Source: Scyliorhinus canicula
Taxonomy: Eukaryota
Direction of reading: 5' to 3'
DNA: 64,000 nt
Assembly (NCBI RefSeq): GCF_902713615.1
Contig: NC_052155.1
Location: 72,595,328 to 72,659,327, forward strand
Shown here piece by piece: positions 36,635 through 48,880 of the stretch. Positions within the stretch are counted from its first letter, which is position 1, and each line of letters begins with the position of its first letter. A program made the position numbers and the translations under genes. Under the pieces are notes generated by a model. That model did no database searches. It saw only the letters and a program-made list of their open reading frames with translations, and had not been told where the DNA came from.

Positions 36635-36963
36635 GCCTCACGGTAGCATGGTGATTAGCATCAATGCTTCACAGCTCCAGGGTCCCAGGTTCAATTCCCG
36701 GCTGGGTCACTGTCTGTGTGGAGCCTGCACGTCCTCCCCGTGTGTGCGTGGGTTTCCTCCGGGTGCTCCGGTTTCCTCCCACAGTCCAAAGATGTGCGGG
36801 TTAGGTGGATTGGCCATGCTAAATTGCCCGTAGTGTAAGGTTAATGGGGGGGATTGTTGGGTATATGGGTTACGTGGGTTTAAGTAGGGTGATCATTGCT
36901 CGGCACAACATCGAGGGCCGAAGGGCCTGTTCTGTGCTGTACTGTTCTATGTTCTATGTTCTA
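36635..36963 (+). mobile_element. V-SINE with second CR1-type tail (tail D, (gttctat)n)
   Basis: Tail gggccgaagggcctgttctgtgctgtactgttctatgttctatgttcta, similar to the CR1 ends at ~58110-58155 and ~60770-60820. Confidence 0.88.
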
Positions 36964-37762
36964 AATTGGCTTTAATATCATCATAGCAGATGTGGAATGA
37001 TTAGGCCTGAAATTCAGGCTCGGACGATTTCAAATGACTACTAAATAGTGAATCTTATTCCAATTTTCCGGTGCCACTGCTGTGCACAGTTAACTGTGAA
37101 CAAATATCTCCTCCAGCCTTCTCTCCTTCTACCCTAATTTCTACAAGTATTCTTGGATCTAATACATTTTGTTCATTGTGCCTTATGAATATTCAGATAG
37201 TGTAATTTTCCTTTCATTGTTCATTCTAATCTCCGTTATCTCCATGAATTCAGTTCTATTCCCACCCCTTTAATTGCTACCAACATCTTGTATAGTGAAG
37301 AGGTGAGGAACAGTCGCTTAAAACTTGCACCATACTTCCTCATCCATATTTCCTCTGCCTGTTTTAAATTCAATTAAAAGGCTTCACTTGCAGTCCTCGT
37401 AGATATTGGATTTCCAAATATGTCCTTTCTTCTTGATTATTTTTTTAGTAACATTTACTTTATGTTATAAAAGGAGATACTCAGCAGGTCTATGCAGACA
37501 GAAAAGAGTTACTGGGAGGGGGGGTGGGATTTACTTCTGTCCTCATCAGCAGGATCATCTGGTCCTGCCGACAGTGAACCCTCGCACCGGGTTTACCGAC
37601 AGCAGTGGGTGGTTTTAACAGTGAACCTCATGACAGCGGCAGGAGCAGAAGATCCCTCTGCTGGCTAATGACGACCCATCTCCCACCATGGGGGAGGAGG
37701 GGGTGTTGCTGAAAATCCCCCCCAGTGTGTTGATTCAAATATCTCTCTTCTTCTGGGGTGGC

Positions 37763-38091
37763 ATAGAATCATAGAATTTACAGTGCAGAAGGAGGCCATT
37801 CGGCCCATCAAGTATGCACCGGCTCTTGGAAAGAGCATCCTAGTTAAGTCCATGCGTCCATCCTACCCCTGAAACACAGTAACCCCACCCAACCTTTTTT
37901 TTGGACACTAAGGGTAATTCATCATGGCCAATCCACCTAACCTGCACATCTTTGGACTGTGGGGTAAACCGGAGGAAACCCACGCAGACACGGGGAGAAG
38001 GTGCAGACTCCGCACAGACAGTGGCCCAAGCCGGGAAGCGAACCTGGAGCTGTGAAGCAACAGTGCTACACAATATACTACCATGCTGCCC
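37763..38091 (-). mobile_element. HE1/V-SINE, tail A
   Basis: Complete apart from small deletions. Confidence 0.88.
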
Positions 38092-38094
38092 TCA

Positions 38095-39504
38095 GGGCGA
38101 AGTTGGCCAGGGCCTTTCAGCTTCAGGCCCTCTAGACGACCGCCATGGTCATTAAAGGCCAACGTTTGCCTCCACCTCTGATGTGCATCTTGGGGACACA
38201 CTTTGACGTAGCAGTATACCAAGAAAGATCAAGGAGCAAGGGGGTCACTATGTGTAGCCAGGAGAAAAATTCTAATGCTCAATGTTCACTAAGACTGAGT
38301 CTCCTGTGGTATGTGCTGTCTGTCATCCGCTCAAAAGATCAACCACCTGTACATATTGGGCCATCGCTGACGTCCCCCTCTGGGTTCCACCTCAGCCTGA
38401 TGGGCGGCCAAGTCTTCAGGATGTGTGGCAGCCCCCTGCTATTGGGGTGCTGCTGCTGCCTTCTCTGGCATCTGGCCGCCTGGGCTTCGACCAGGACCAT
38501 GAGGGCAGCAATTGCAGGACCGATGTAATCAGCCATATTGTTATATCTGCAAGGAATTGGAGGAGAGAAACCGACAATCAGTTAGGGTTTTCACCCCGGG
38601 ACTCTCAAATCCCCCAAGCCTCCCCCACACTTACTTGTCCCATCTTCTCTCAGAGTACCATCCTGCGAGCCAGTTGTGCTGGAAAGCCTCACTCTGTACA
38701 TTCACACCCGGCCACAGCAGGAGCCCCTAGACCTCTGCCGTGTACATCAGGGACTCTCCTCTGATTTACACACTCATCCTTTGGTGGCTAGGATGTCCCG
38801 AGTATGAACCCCAGCTCTTGAGTGTTTGATTGTTGGCTGCTTCAAAGCGGATTGCCTTCTGGACACAAATGTCCCCCCAAGCCTGGTGTTACAGGAGCAG
38901 GTATCTTAGAAAAAAATGTCCTTCTTTCTGGCTGCAGAAAAGGAAGGAAACAGCAACAGCAGCCTCCAGGCATCTGCAGCTGCCAGCAGAAGCAAACAGC
39001 AAACACAACCTGCAGCTGTCAAGTGCGCTCACAACTAACCAAGGCCAATTCCATATCAGCAGTAGCCTTCAGCTGTGAAGTTAGAGGCTGCTCACAGTCA
39101 AAGGGAGTTAAAGTGGCCTCAGCATTTAACCAGGAACAGGGCTCTATTCCTTGAGGTGCAAGCCCGAAAATGGAAATGGCTGCTTATCTCCACAGTTCCC
39201 CTCAGCAGCCATTCACCGCCTTCCCGTTTTTAAATGGAGAACTAGACGATGCCCGTGTGATATCTCTCGGGGAGCCGGTTAATTCGTGGAAGGCCGTTAC
39301 ATTCAACTACAATCCGCTAATGAGACAGAAATTAGGGTTAATGATATGCTCGCTATATTTGGTCTTAATCCCAAACTCGCCATTGGTAGCAGGTCGGTTA
39401 GATAGCAAACTGATTCGCTCCCACTGATATTTTTGGCCTTTCCCGCTATTTAACCGGCGGGCCCAGGTCCACGCCGGGTGCAAAGTGGGGGTTAAATCAT
39501 GCCT
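38095..39504 (-). mobile_element. Internally deleted Harbinger derivative (transposase N-terminal remnant plus TIR end)
   Basis: ATG at 38536, then ...MYR..SFERMTDSTYHRRLSLS-like sequence; TIR-like gttaaatcatgcc at ~39491-39503. Confidence 0.55.
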
Positions 39505-40334
39505 GAAGTCTTCCAAATGGAGAATCCTGCCCCTTGCCTTTGGACCAACGTTTGATGTCTTTCAGCTTTTGTGCACTGGCAGGATTTCTGCAGATGGAAG
39601 TTGCAATCAACTACCCCCATATTATGGGTGGGATTCTCCTCCCCCTCTGCAGCATGTTCTGCAGTGGTGGAGGGCGGCTTACCAGGACCAGCGGTGGAAT
39701 CTTCTGGTCATGCCATTATCAACAGGGTTTCCTATTTACCGAGATTACCTATTGAACGCCGGGAAACCCGCAGTGGGGTGCATCGTCGACGCTACTGTAA
39801 GATTCCGGCAATATGAACGGCCAGAAAATCCCGTCCTATATATGTGTTCAAAATAATGCTGAGTCTGGACAGAGCAGATAGGGAGAAACTGCAGCAGGAT
39901 TGCGAACCAGAGGACATGACAAAAGCACTAAAGGTGACTTGGGGGAAAACAATTGTTAAAGAGCCAACAGTTCAGATCTGGATGTATTGCCCGTGAGCGT
40001 GGTTGCAACAGATTCAACCATAGCTTTCAATCGAGAATTGGACAAAATAAAATTTTTCCAAGATTTGGCAAAAAAAGGTGGGGTTGGGAATAGCTGTGGT
40101 GCTCTCGCAGAGAACCAGCACATGCTCAACAAATCGGATGGTCTCCTTCTGTGCCACATCTATTCTCTGATATCAATACATGCATCTATTTTAAGAATGC
40201 AATCAACTTTCTCAACAGAGCAGTGTTTCACTGTATCAATATATATAATTGTTCGATCCCTTCATTTAGCTTTTACTCTTTTGTCAATACCATTCTTTAT
40301 TGGTGATAGTCAAGTGCCTGAATGGCAGTTTGGA

Positions 40335-41568
40335 GAGCGGGATTCTCCAGGCTCCCAGCTGCCTGTTACTCGGCAGTGAGAGCTGGAGTGCCGTTTGCTG
40401 GCGGCGGGTACTCTGCCACTGTCAATGGAATTTCTCATTGAAGCCTCCCACAGCACCGGGAAACCAGCAGGCGGGGACTGCCAGCGGGACCACAGAATCC
40501 CGCTGCCCAGCGAATGGCTGGAAAATCCCGCTGCCCAGCGAATGGCTGTAGAATCCCGCTGCCTGCAAATGGCCGGAGAATCCTGCTGCCCAGCAAATGT
40601 CCGGAGAATCCCGCTGCCCAGCGAATGGCTGGAGAAACCCGCTGCCCAGCGAATGGCCGGAGAATCCCACTGCCCAGCGAATGGCTGGAGAAACCCGCTG
40701 CCCAGCAAATGGCTGGAGAATCCCGCTGCCCAGCGAATGGCCGGAGAATCCCGCTGCCCAGCGAATGGCTGGAGAATCCCGCTGCCCAGCGAATGGCTGG
40801 AGAAACCCGCTGCCCAGCGAATGGCCGGAGAATCCCGCTGCCCAGCGAATGGCTGGAGAAACCCGCTGCCCAGCGAATGGCTGGAGAATCCCGCTGCCCA
40901 GCGAATGGCCGGAGAATCCCGCTGCCCAGCGAATGGCTGGAGAATCCCGCTGCCCAGCGAATGGCTGGAGAAACCCGCTGCCCAGCGAATGGCCGGAGAA
41001 TCCCGCTGCCCAGCGAATGGCCGGAGAATCCCGCTGCCCAGTGAATGTCCGGAGAATCCCGCTGCCCAGCGAATGGCTGGAGAATCCCGCTGCCCAGCGA
41101 ATGGCCGGAGAATCCCGCTGCCACATGAATCGCCAGAGAATCCCGCTGCCCAGTGAATGGCTGGAGAATCCCGCTGCCCAGCGAATGGCCGGAGAATCCC
41201 GCTGCCACATGAATCGCCAGAGAATCCCGCTGCCCAGCGAATGGCCGGAGAATCCCGCTGCCACATGAATCGCCAGAGAATCCCGCTGCCCAGCGAATGG
41301 CCGGAGAATCCCGCTGCCACATGAATCGCCAGAGAATCCCGCTGCCCAGAGGATGGCCGGAGAATCCTGCTGCCCAGAGAATGGCCGGAGAATCCTGCTT
41401 CCCAGAGAATGGCCGGAGAATCCTGCTGCCCAGAAAATGGCCGGAGAATCCTGCTTCCCAGAGGATGGCCGGAGAATCCTGCTGCCCAGAGAATGGCCGG
41501 AGAATCCTGCTTCCCAGAGAATGGCCGGAGAACCCTGCTGCCCAGCGAATAGCCAGAGAATCCCGGCT
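40335..41568. mobile_element. Small Harbinger-type MITE with massively expanded right terminus
   Basis: Left TIR gagcgggattctcc; body homologous (in reverse) to 47063-47241; right end is the 28-bp array. Confidence 0.75.
40494..41568. repeat. 28-bp minisatellite, ~38 units (ggagaatcccgctgcccagcgaatggcc)
   Basis: Direct reading; variant blocks present (aaaccc variants, 27-bp cacatgaatcgcca variants, distal agagaat/cctgct variants). Confidence 0.97.
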
Positions 41569-41740
41569 CTGGTCTATCCTTTGCTGATGACCACAATTAA
41601 TTTCCCTACTAATTGGCTGATCGTTGAAATATTGAGGCTACTGGTGTTACTGAGGTTGAGATTTTACAGACTATTTTTAATCTAAAGGCTCACTTTGGGA
41701 TATCTGTACAGTTCAATCCAAGTGGGATGAATTAGATCGA

Positions 41741-42295
41741 GGGTGGGATTCTCCGTCCGTTCACAGCAGTGGGATTCTCCGCCCCGCTGCAGAGAATGAG
41801 AGATTTCACTGAGCGCCAACTTCTCTGGACTGGATTCCCTGAGGAAGGGGAATGGGCCGGTCCGACGCTGCCCCCGTGATTCTCCGGTCGCTCGGGAGTC
41901 TCTCTCGCGCAAACTACGTGGCGCAGGTAGGGGGCCAGTGACAGAGGCCCCCCCGCGATTCTCCGAGGAAAACTGGCCGAGTTCCTGATGGCGTGGTTCT
42001 AACTACCTATCGGCCGTCAGGAATGGCTGGTGGGGGGGGCGGGGGGACCGATCATCGGGGAGTGCCTCATGGACGGCAGGGGGGGCGATCGGGCGTCACG
42101 GATCCGCAGGTGCGTGCGATCTTGAGGAGACCTACATTTCTGGTGCTGCTCTGCGGTCTGAGTCCGCCCATGGGGCGGCCAGCCCCCTGCACGTAGGTGA
42201 ATCACTCAGGACTTTCTTAAGGAAGGTCCAGAGTGATACGCCAGCGTTTTTACGCTGGCATGGAGACTTAGCCCCATTATTGGAGAATCCAGCCC
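41741..42295. mobile_element. Harbinger-type MITE
   Basis: gggtgggattctcc...ggagaatccagccc TIRs; no matching TSD. Confidence 0.75.
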
Positions 42296-42885
42296 ATGGT
42301 CTTCGTGAACATCAGCAGCGAGATAATCCATCCACATGTTGTTTAAAGCTGTATCATTTTACTATTTGCATGGGACTCCTGAATAATGCCTGGAAGAGGA
42401 AGAGAAAGGTAAGCAGGTTGGTTGAGCTCACAGTTGCATCAGGAAAAGATTGCTCGGAGAACTCTTTGCCAGCTTTGAGACATCAGTGAGCAGAGTTTAT
42501 AAGGAGAACCGTCACATAACTAATGACTGTCATCACTGTTCAAACATTATAAAACTTATGTGTTGACATTTAGCTATTCTCCGCAGGAGCCAAGGCTCCC
42601 ATATTGGAAACATTCTGTAATATTTTTCCCCAGGTATTTCTCCACTTCATCCCAAATGACATTTGTTTCAATTTGTTCTTGGGATGTGAACATTGCTGGC
42701 AAGGCCAGCACTTATTGCCCATCCCTAATTGCCCCTGAGAAGATGGTGATGGACCTACTACAACTAAATGGTTTGCAGTTCAGAGGGCAGTTAAGAGTCA
42801 CCCACATGTGTGCAGATGTGGAATGGGCTCATATTTCCTCCGAAGGACAATAAGTCAAGTATCTGAATGGCAGATCAGAGATAAG

Positions 42886-43400
42886 GGGCGGGATTCTCCT
42901 CTACCCGGTGGGATGGGCCGTACCGGCGTCGAGGAGTGGCGTGAACCACTCCCGCATCGGGCTGCCCGGAAAGTGCGGAATCCTCCGCACCTTCAGGGGC
43001 TAGGCCAGAGCCGGCGGGTCTGGCGCTGTGCCAGCTGGCACTGAAGGGCATCCGCTAACCGGCGCGAGTTGGCACATGTGCTGGAGCGCCAACGTGTGCT
43101 GACGTCATCCCAGCACATGCGCAAGTTGGCTCTTCTCCGCGCCGGCCATGGCGCAGGTTCACAGCAGCTGGTGCAGAGGGAAAGAGTGCCCCCATGGCAT
43201 AGGCCCGCCCGCAGATCGGTGGGCCCCAATCGCGGGCCAGGCCACTGTGGGGGCAACCGGGCCAGACCCCCCCCCCCCCCCCCCCGAGGACTCTGCAGGC
43301 TGCCCATAGAGCCAGGTCCCGCCGGTACGGACCTGGTTTGATTTACCCCGGCAGGACCGGCCAAAGACAGGCGACCGCTCGGCTCATCGCAGGGCGGAGA

Positions 43401-43437
<37 letters not shown>

Positions 43438-43589
43438 TCCCAACGGACCCAACCGGCGCAACGCGATTCCTGCGCCCACCGAAAAACTGGCGGAGGAGAA
43501 TTCGGCAGCCAGAGTCGGAGCGGTGGGGTGGGATTCACGCCGCCCCTGGGCAATTCTCCAACCCAGCAGGGGGTCGGAGAATCCCGCCC
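42886..43589. mobile_element. Harbinger-type MITE
   Basis: Perfect 14-bp TIR gggcgggattctcc/ggagaatcccgccc, TSD aag/aag. Confidence 0.9.
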
Positions 43590-43592
43590 AAG

Positions 43593-44490
43593 GGCCACGA
43601 TTCAGCGGACTCAAGTTAAAGTCCGCTGAACTGCGCGTTTATAGGAGTGTTTTTTTACAGCTGCCAAGAAATACACCGCTATCCAATGCACTTTGCGGGT
43701 TTTTAGGCCTTTGGGGGTTTATTCATGGAATTTACAGTTCAGAAGGAGGCCAGTCGGCCCATCGAGTCTGCACCGGCCTTTGGAAAGAGCACATGAGTAA
43801 AGCCCACGCCTCCACCCTAACCCGTAACCCAGTAACCCCACTTATTCTTTTTGGACACTAAGGGCAATCCACCTAACCCGCACAGCTTTGGACTGTGGGA
43901 GAAAACTGTAGCACCCGGAGGAACCCCATGCAGTCACGGGGAAACGTGCAAACTCCGCACAGATAGTGACACAAGCCAGAAATCGCCCCTGGGACCCTGG
44001 AGCTGTGAAGCAGCTCTGCTAACCACTATGCTACCATGCTGCCTTTGTTGAGGCCACAATTAGGGGGATTTCCTGCTGGCGAGGTCAGAGTGCCATTTTG
44101 AAAGGCTTCTCCTTCCACCCCCCCCCCCCCGCTTATTCCCCAAATTTCAGGATGCTCTGGGAACCCCCTCATCACTCTTCTACGTGGCAAGGACCTGCTG
44201 GGCTTTGGTCCCTGGCAGTGCCAACTTGGCATCTGGGAACCCTGGCACTGCCAGCCTGGCTCCCTGTGCCAGGGTGACACTGCCAGGCTGCCTGGGTGGC
44301 ACTGTCTGCACCAGGCAGGCTGTGCCAAGGTGCCCAGGTGCTGGAAGTGTACCAAGGTGCCACACTTCCCTGTCCACGACCAACCAGGGATCTCCAATGG
44401 CCTGGGAGACCCCCACCCCTCCCAGGTGCCGTTACGACTGGTCCACATTTGTGTGGACCAGTACTAAATGGCACGCTGGTGAGATTTTCT
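43593..44490. mobile_element. Harbinger-type MITE (long family, truncated) with nested V-SINE at 43720-44043 (-)
   Basis: Starts with TIR ggccacgattcagc; reverse homology to 9658-10512. Confidence 0.7.
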
Positions 44491-44639
44491 AGATGTCTTA
44501 ACGTCTGAACATGTTTGAACCTGCATGGATGGTCTCTTTCTAGATGCCATACTGCTGCATTCTGTTTCCGAGTTCTCTTATATCTGGCCTTTTGTGCAAC
44601 TTGTATTTGTTTAGTGTTTTTAACACAATAATCTTCTAA

Positions 44640-44847
44640 ATAATCTTAATAATCTTTTTTTATTGTCACAAGTAGTCTTACATTAGCACTGCAATGAAAT
44701 TACTGTGAAAAGGCCCCAGTCACCACATTCCGGCGCCTGTTCGGGTATACCGAGAGGGAATTCAAAATTCTCACGTGGTGCAGGAATTGAACCCGTGCTG
44801 CTGGCCTTGTTCTACATCACAAACCAGCTATCTAGCCTACAGAGCTA
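44640..44847 (-). mobile_element. Short SINE: non-V head plus long form of tail B
   Basis: Head as in 49252-49430, tail as in 2583-2700. Confidence 0.8.
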
Positions 44848-44929
44848 TGGGTGATTGGGAGAGCAGGTTTAGTGAAAAGGATTAAGTGGAAAGGGTTGGG
44901 GAGGGAGATAGGATGGGGTTACAACATCC

Positions 44930-45450
44930 GAGAGCACTCCACAGGAGTATCATAAAGCAAATTCTATACCAAAGCACATAAGAGATATTAGGGCAGACGA
45001 CCAAAAGTTTTACCAAAATTTTCAAGAGAGTTTGAAGGAGGTAGGGCAGGTAGAATGACAGAGGGTGAAATCTTCTGGTCCCATCTGCCCCGGGAACAGA
45101 AGTTCCTGTCTGAGTTCAATGGACCTTTTGCTTGTTCGTTGAATTCTTTGTCCTGCCTGTGACGATTCCCGTGACTGGCAGGATCAGAAGATTTAGGCCA
45201 ATGAGATTATGGGAGGGAATTTCAAAGCTTGGACCCTAAATACCTGAGAACGGTTAAAATTGGGGATGCTCAAAAGTCCACAATTAGAAGAATGGAGGTA
45301 TCTTGGAGGGTTGTGGAACTGGAGGACATTACAGAGACAGGGAGGGGTTGAGGCCATGGAGGGATTTGAAATTAAGAGTGAGAATTGTAAAATTGAGGCA
45401 CCGATTAACTGGGAGACAATCTACTCTTCAAGTTACATGGATGTTGGGTG
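44930..45450 (-). mobile_element. L2-like LINE 3' fragment with small MITE (45062-45199)
   Basis: Homologous to 7185-7600. Confidence 0.6.
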
Positions 45451-46734
45451 AATGACCCTGAATACTCCCTTCCAGCCGAGTATGTATTCTTTCTTACTCC
45501 TCACCAATTCCAGGTGGTTACTTCTGGGTTATTGGTGGCAGAGAGTCAATGTCAGTATAGGTGAAGAGGTGATGTCAGGTTCTGAAATGAAGCACAAGGT
45601 CCATAAAGCCCCTCATCTCAGCCTATTGTTGTGGCACAGCCACATGGGCACAATAAAAGAGAGGTCATCAAGAATAGGTCAACTGTACATTAGCCATTGG
45701 TCTTTTAGCATCTAAACTGAAATATATAAGTTGAAAAAGTCACAATAATTTGTGATGACAGATATGTTCTGATGCAAGAATTGAAGAGACATGGGAATAT
45801 TCATCTCTAGAGGAACTTACGGTTGGCACTTCTACCCCTATATCTCCAACTCCCTTATGTCTGGCAAAGAGTTCTAGAGCTTCCCCTTCATGAGGGATAA
45901 GTGATTGGAGCCGGATGTCTGCTATCTGTGGATGTTTTTGTAGGCGCCATTTGATCTTTGTTGAAGATTGGCGAGTGGGAAGGTCCTTTGCTCACCATCT
46001 AACAGAATGCAATGCAGGTGTAAGACAATTTATTCCTTCGGGAAGGTGATGGATAACAAGTGCAGGAAACGAATGATTGCATATCATATGTGAGACTATC
46101 ACTTACCTTTGTGGTAAGTTCTGACTGAACAACATCTGCAGGGGAAGAAAGGACGTGTGAAGGTTGGATGGAAATGTACGGACACACCATCTGTTCAACT
46201 CAGGCGGGGCAAGGTGGTCAGAAATCTGAAGTATATTTATCACAAGGTGTTATTGCTTCTGCTTACCTTGATAATCTGGTGATTCATTAAATTTCTTTCA
46301 GCAATGAGTAGCTTAGTGGGGTTATTAGGTATCTTAACTTCCCTTCTGCAAGTCTGCACCCCATGTCCCTGATTAAAGTCTTTCCCCTTCATCCAAGATA
46401 CCTCCTTCATTCTCAACAATAAACCCTATAGAGGTAAATCTGAACACTTGGAGGCCCTGGGCCTTGCTGTAGCATTGTCAGATGCTCTCAGTAATTTAAT
46501 TTCTTGCTACCTGAGAAGCTGCTACAGTCACATTTCAGGACTGTCCTCTCTCCTCTCCCATCCCTCCCCTGTCTCCTCTCACTAACCTCCCCAGGCCCCT
46601 CTCCGCTCCCTGTTACCCCTGTCCCCTCTCCCTGCCCTCCCCCTCCCCTACCATGTCTCCTCTCCTCTCCCTTGTCCCCTCTTCGCTTCCTCTATCTCCT
46701 CTCCTTCTCCTCCCCTATAAGATGATCTCCCAAA

Positions 46735-47360
46735 AGAGAAGGATTTGCATATATCAGACAAGCTGGACCAGAGGGCCTGTTTCCATGCTGTAAACATCTA
46801 CGACTCTATTTCATGACTTCTGGATGCCTCAAAGTGCTTATGGCCAACAAAGTCATTTAGAAGTGTGGTCACTGTTGCAATGTAGGAAATGTGGGAGTCA
46901 TTTTAGGTGCGGTTAGTTCCCATGAGCTACAATACAATGATGAACATATCATCTGTTTTAGGTGTTGGCCATCCATGCTCATTTTTGAATAGTGCTGTGG
47001 GATCTTATATAACGACCTGAAAGGTCAGATGGCGGCCTTGGTCTATTGTCTGCCTCCATCAGTGGCTGGAATTCTCTGGCCATTTGCTGGCGACGGGATT
47101 CTCTTGTCTTGCCAGAACGGCACCCAGCCTGCGGGTTTTCTGGTGGCTTCAATGCGAACTCCCATTGACCGCCGCCAGTGAACTGCACACTGCCTCCCGC
47201 AGCTGAGAAACAAGCGGTTGGGAGGCCGGAGAATCCCACCCAGTGTAACACTCCCTCAGTATGTGGAGTGTTTGCCTAGATTATGTGTTCGCTCCCTGGA
47301 GTGAGACTTAAACCTGCAACCTTCTGACTGGGAGGTGAGAATGCTACCACTGAGCCACAG
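46735..47360 (-). mobile_element. DeuSINE-type (SacSINE1-like) SINE with nested MITE (47063-47241)
   Basis: tRNA head (minus: ctgtggctcagtggtagcattctcacctcccagtcagaaggttgcaggtttaagtc) and Deu-like core. Confidence 0.75.
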
Positions 47361-48239
47361 TAACAGCAGAGGCACACACAATGCTGATACAGGAAAATGC
47401 AACAGACTTACAGCTGGGACACAGGGAGATGACCTACAGTTCTGAAGTACTTCCAGGTATAAATCAACCAAGGAGGAAAATCAAATCTCTTAATCATAAA
47501 TTTAACACATGTCAAGTTGTAAAACAAAGTGTTCTCCCGCCAGGTTTTTTCAGGTCTTATACAATGCTGCATCTTCAAATGACAACAGAAATATGGCATT
47601 GACTAGGTACGAGAGTTCTTTGCCACAGTAACAATACACATAGATTGATGGTAATGTGGTTGATATAAATCTTGTCATCTGGGAATCGATATAAACTAGT
47701 TAATAATGACAAGGTTTTAACTGAGCAATGATGAGCATTGGGTGCCCAGCTATTTGTTTCACAATCCATATTGTTAGCAGTTTTTCTCGTTTCCCCTCAG
47801 GAAGCTCCCACAGACTACAATGTGATATTGATCAGGCGGATGTTGGCTAAGGAATAAATGTTGGGCATCACACACTCTTCTTCAAATAGTGATGTGGGAG
47901 GTTTATGTCCACCTTTGACTTGGGGGGGGGGGGGGGTACTGGCTCTGACTTGGGGTGAGAGCAGCCTATGACTCAGGGGTGACCAGTCTTTGACTGTGAC
48001 AACCAGCCTTTGATTCAAGGGAAACTGGGTAACACTGAAGTGAGACTGGCACAACACTGGAAGGGTACCTGGGGCCTAGGAGGAAGATTCCAGGGTACTG
48101 AGGACCTAGTTGGGGAAGACCAGGGAAGATGCCAGTGTACTGGGGGAAAACTTCCAGAGTAATGAGGGAGAAGTCCCCAAGGTACCCAGGGTTGGGTTGG
48201 GGGAGACCGGGGCGGGGGGGTGTTGGGGATAGTGAATTT

Positions 48240-48424
48240 AAGTGAAATGAAATGAAAACCACTTATTGTCACAAGTAGGCTTCAATGAAGTTATTGTGAA
48301 AAGCCCCTAGTCGCCACATTCCAGCGCCTGTTCGGGGAGGCTGGTAGGGGAATTTAACCGTGCTGCTGGCCTGCCTTGGTCTGCTTTCAAAGCCAGCGAT
48401 TTAGCCCTGTGCTAAACCAGCCCA
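48240..48424 (-). mobile_element. Short tRNA-derived SINE (tail B)
   Basis: Full head gggctggtttagcacagggctaaatcgctggc... and (tttca)n tail. Confidence 0.85.
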
Positions 48425-48449
48425 ATGGGCACACCAGGGGGTAGACTCA

Positions 48450-48880
48450 GGAAGAGCAGGAGGAAACCTCCAGGGTACCAGGTAGAAGATTGCAAGGTAA
48501 CTGCGGAAAGGCTCCAGGATATCTGGGCCTAACCGGGAGGAAACCTAGAGGAAGACTGCACGGTACTAGGGGAAAATTCCAGGATATGGATAGAAGACCC
48601 CAGGGTACAGGGGGCCTATTTGAAGGAGAGGGAGGAATTGGAGGGGTAAAGACCCCAGGATACCGGGTGGAAAACCCCAGGGTACCGGTTGGAAGACCCC
48701 AGGGTACCAGATGGAATACACCAGGGTACCGGTTGGAAGACCCCAGAGTACCAGTCGGAAGACCCCAGGGTACCGATTGGAAGACTCCAGGGTACTATTC
48801 CGAAGACTCCAGGGTATAAGGGATTGACTCAGGAGAGACTGGGGGGTTGACCCAGGGAAGACCAAGGGGTTGACTCGGGG
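48450..48880. repeat. Degenerate ~22-bp tandem repeat (gaagaccccagggtaccggttg)
   Basis: Clearest at 48650-48815; related units also at 48050-48200. Confidence 0.7.

Noticed and set aside
40494-41568. CRISPR-like 28-bp repeats
   Set aside because: Head-to-tail with no unique spacers, no cas genes, and the DNA is vertebrate.
40310-41596. Long ORFs (428, 295, 280, 253 aa) in several frames
   Set aside because: Products of a stop-free 28-bp tandem repeat; open on both strands with no domain signal.
47780-47860. Strong splice acceptor followed by a short ORF
   Set aside because: The downstream sequence reads as decayed CR1 RT (RLQCDIDQ).
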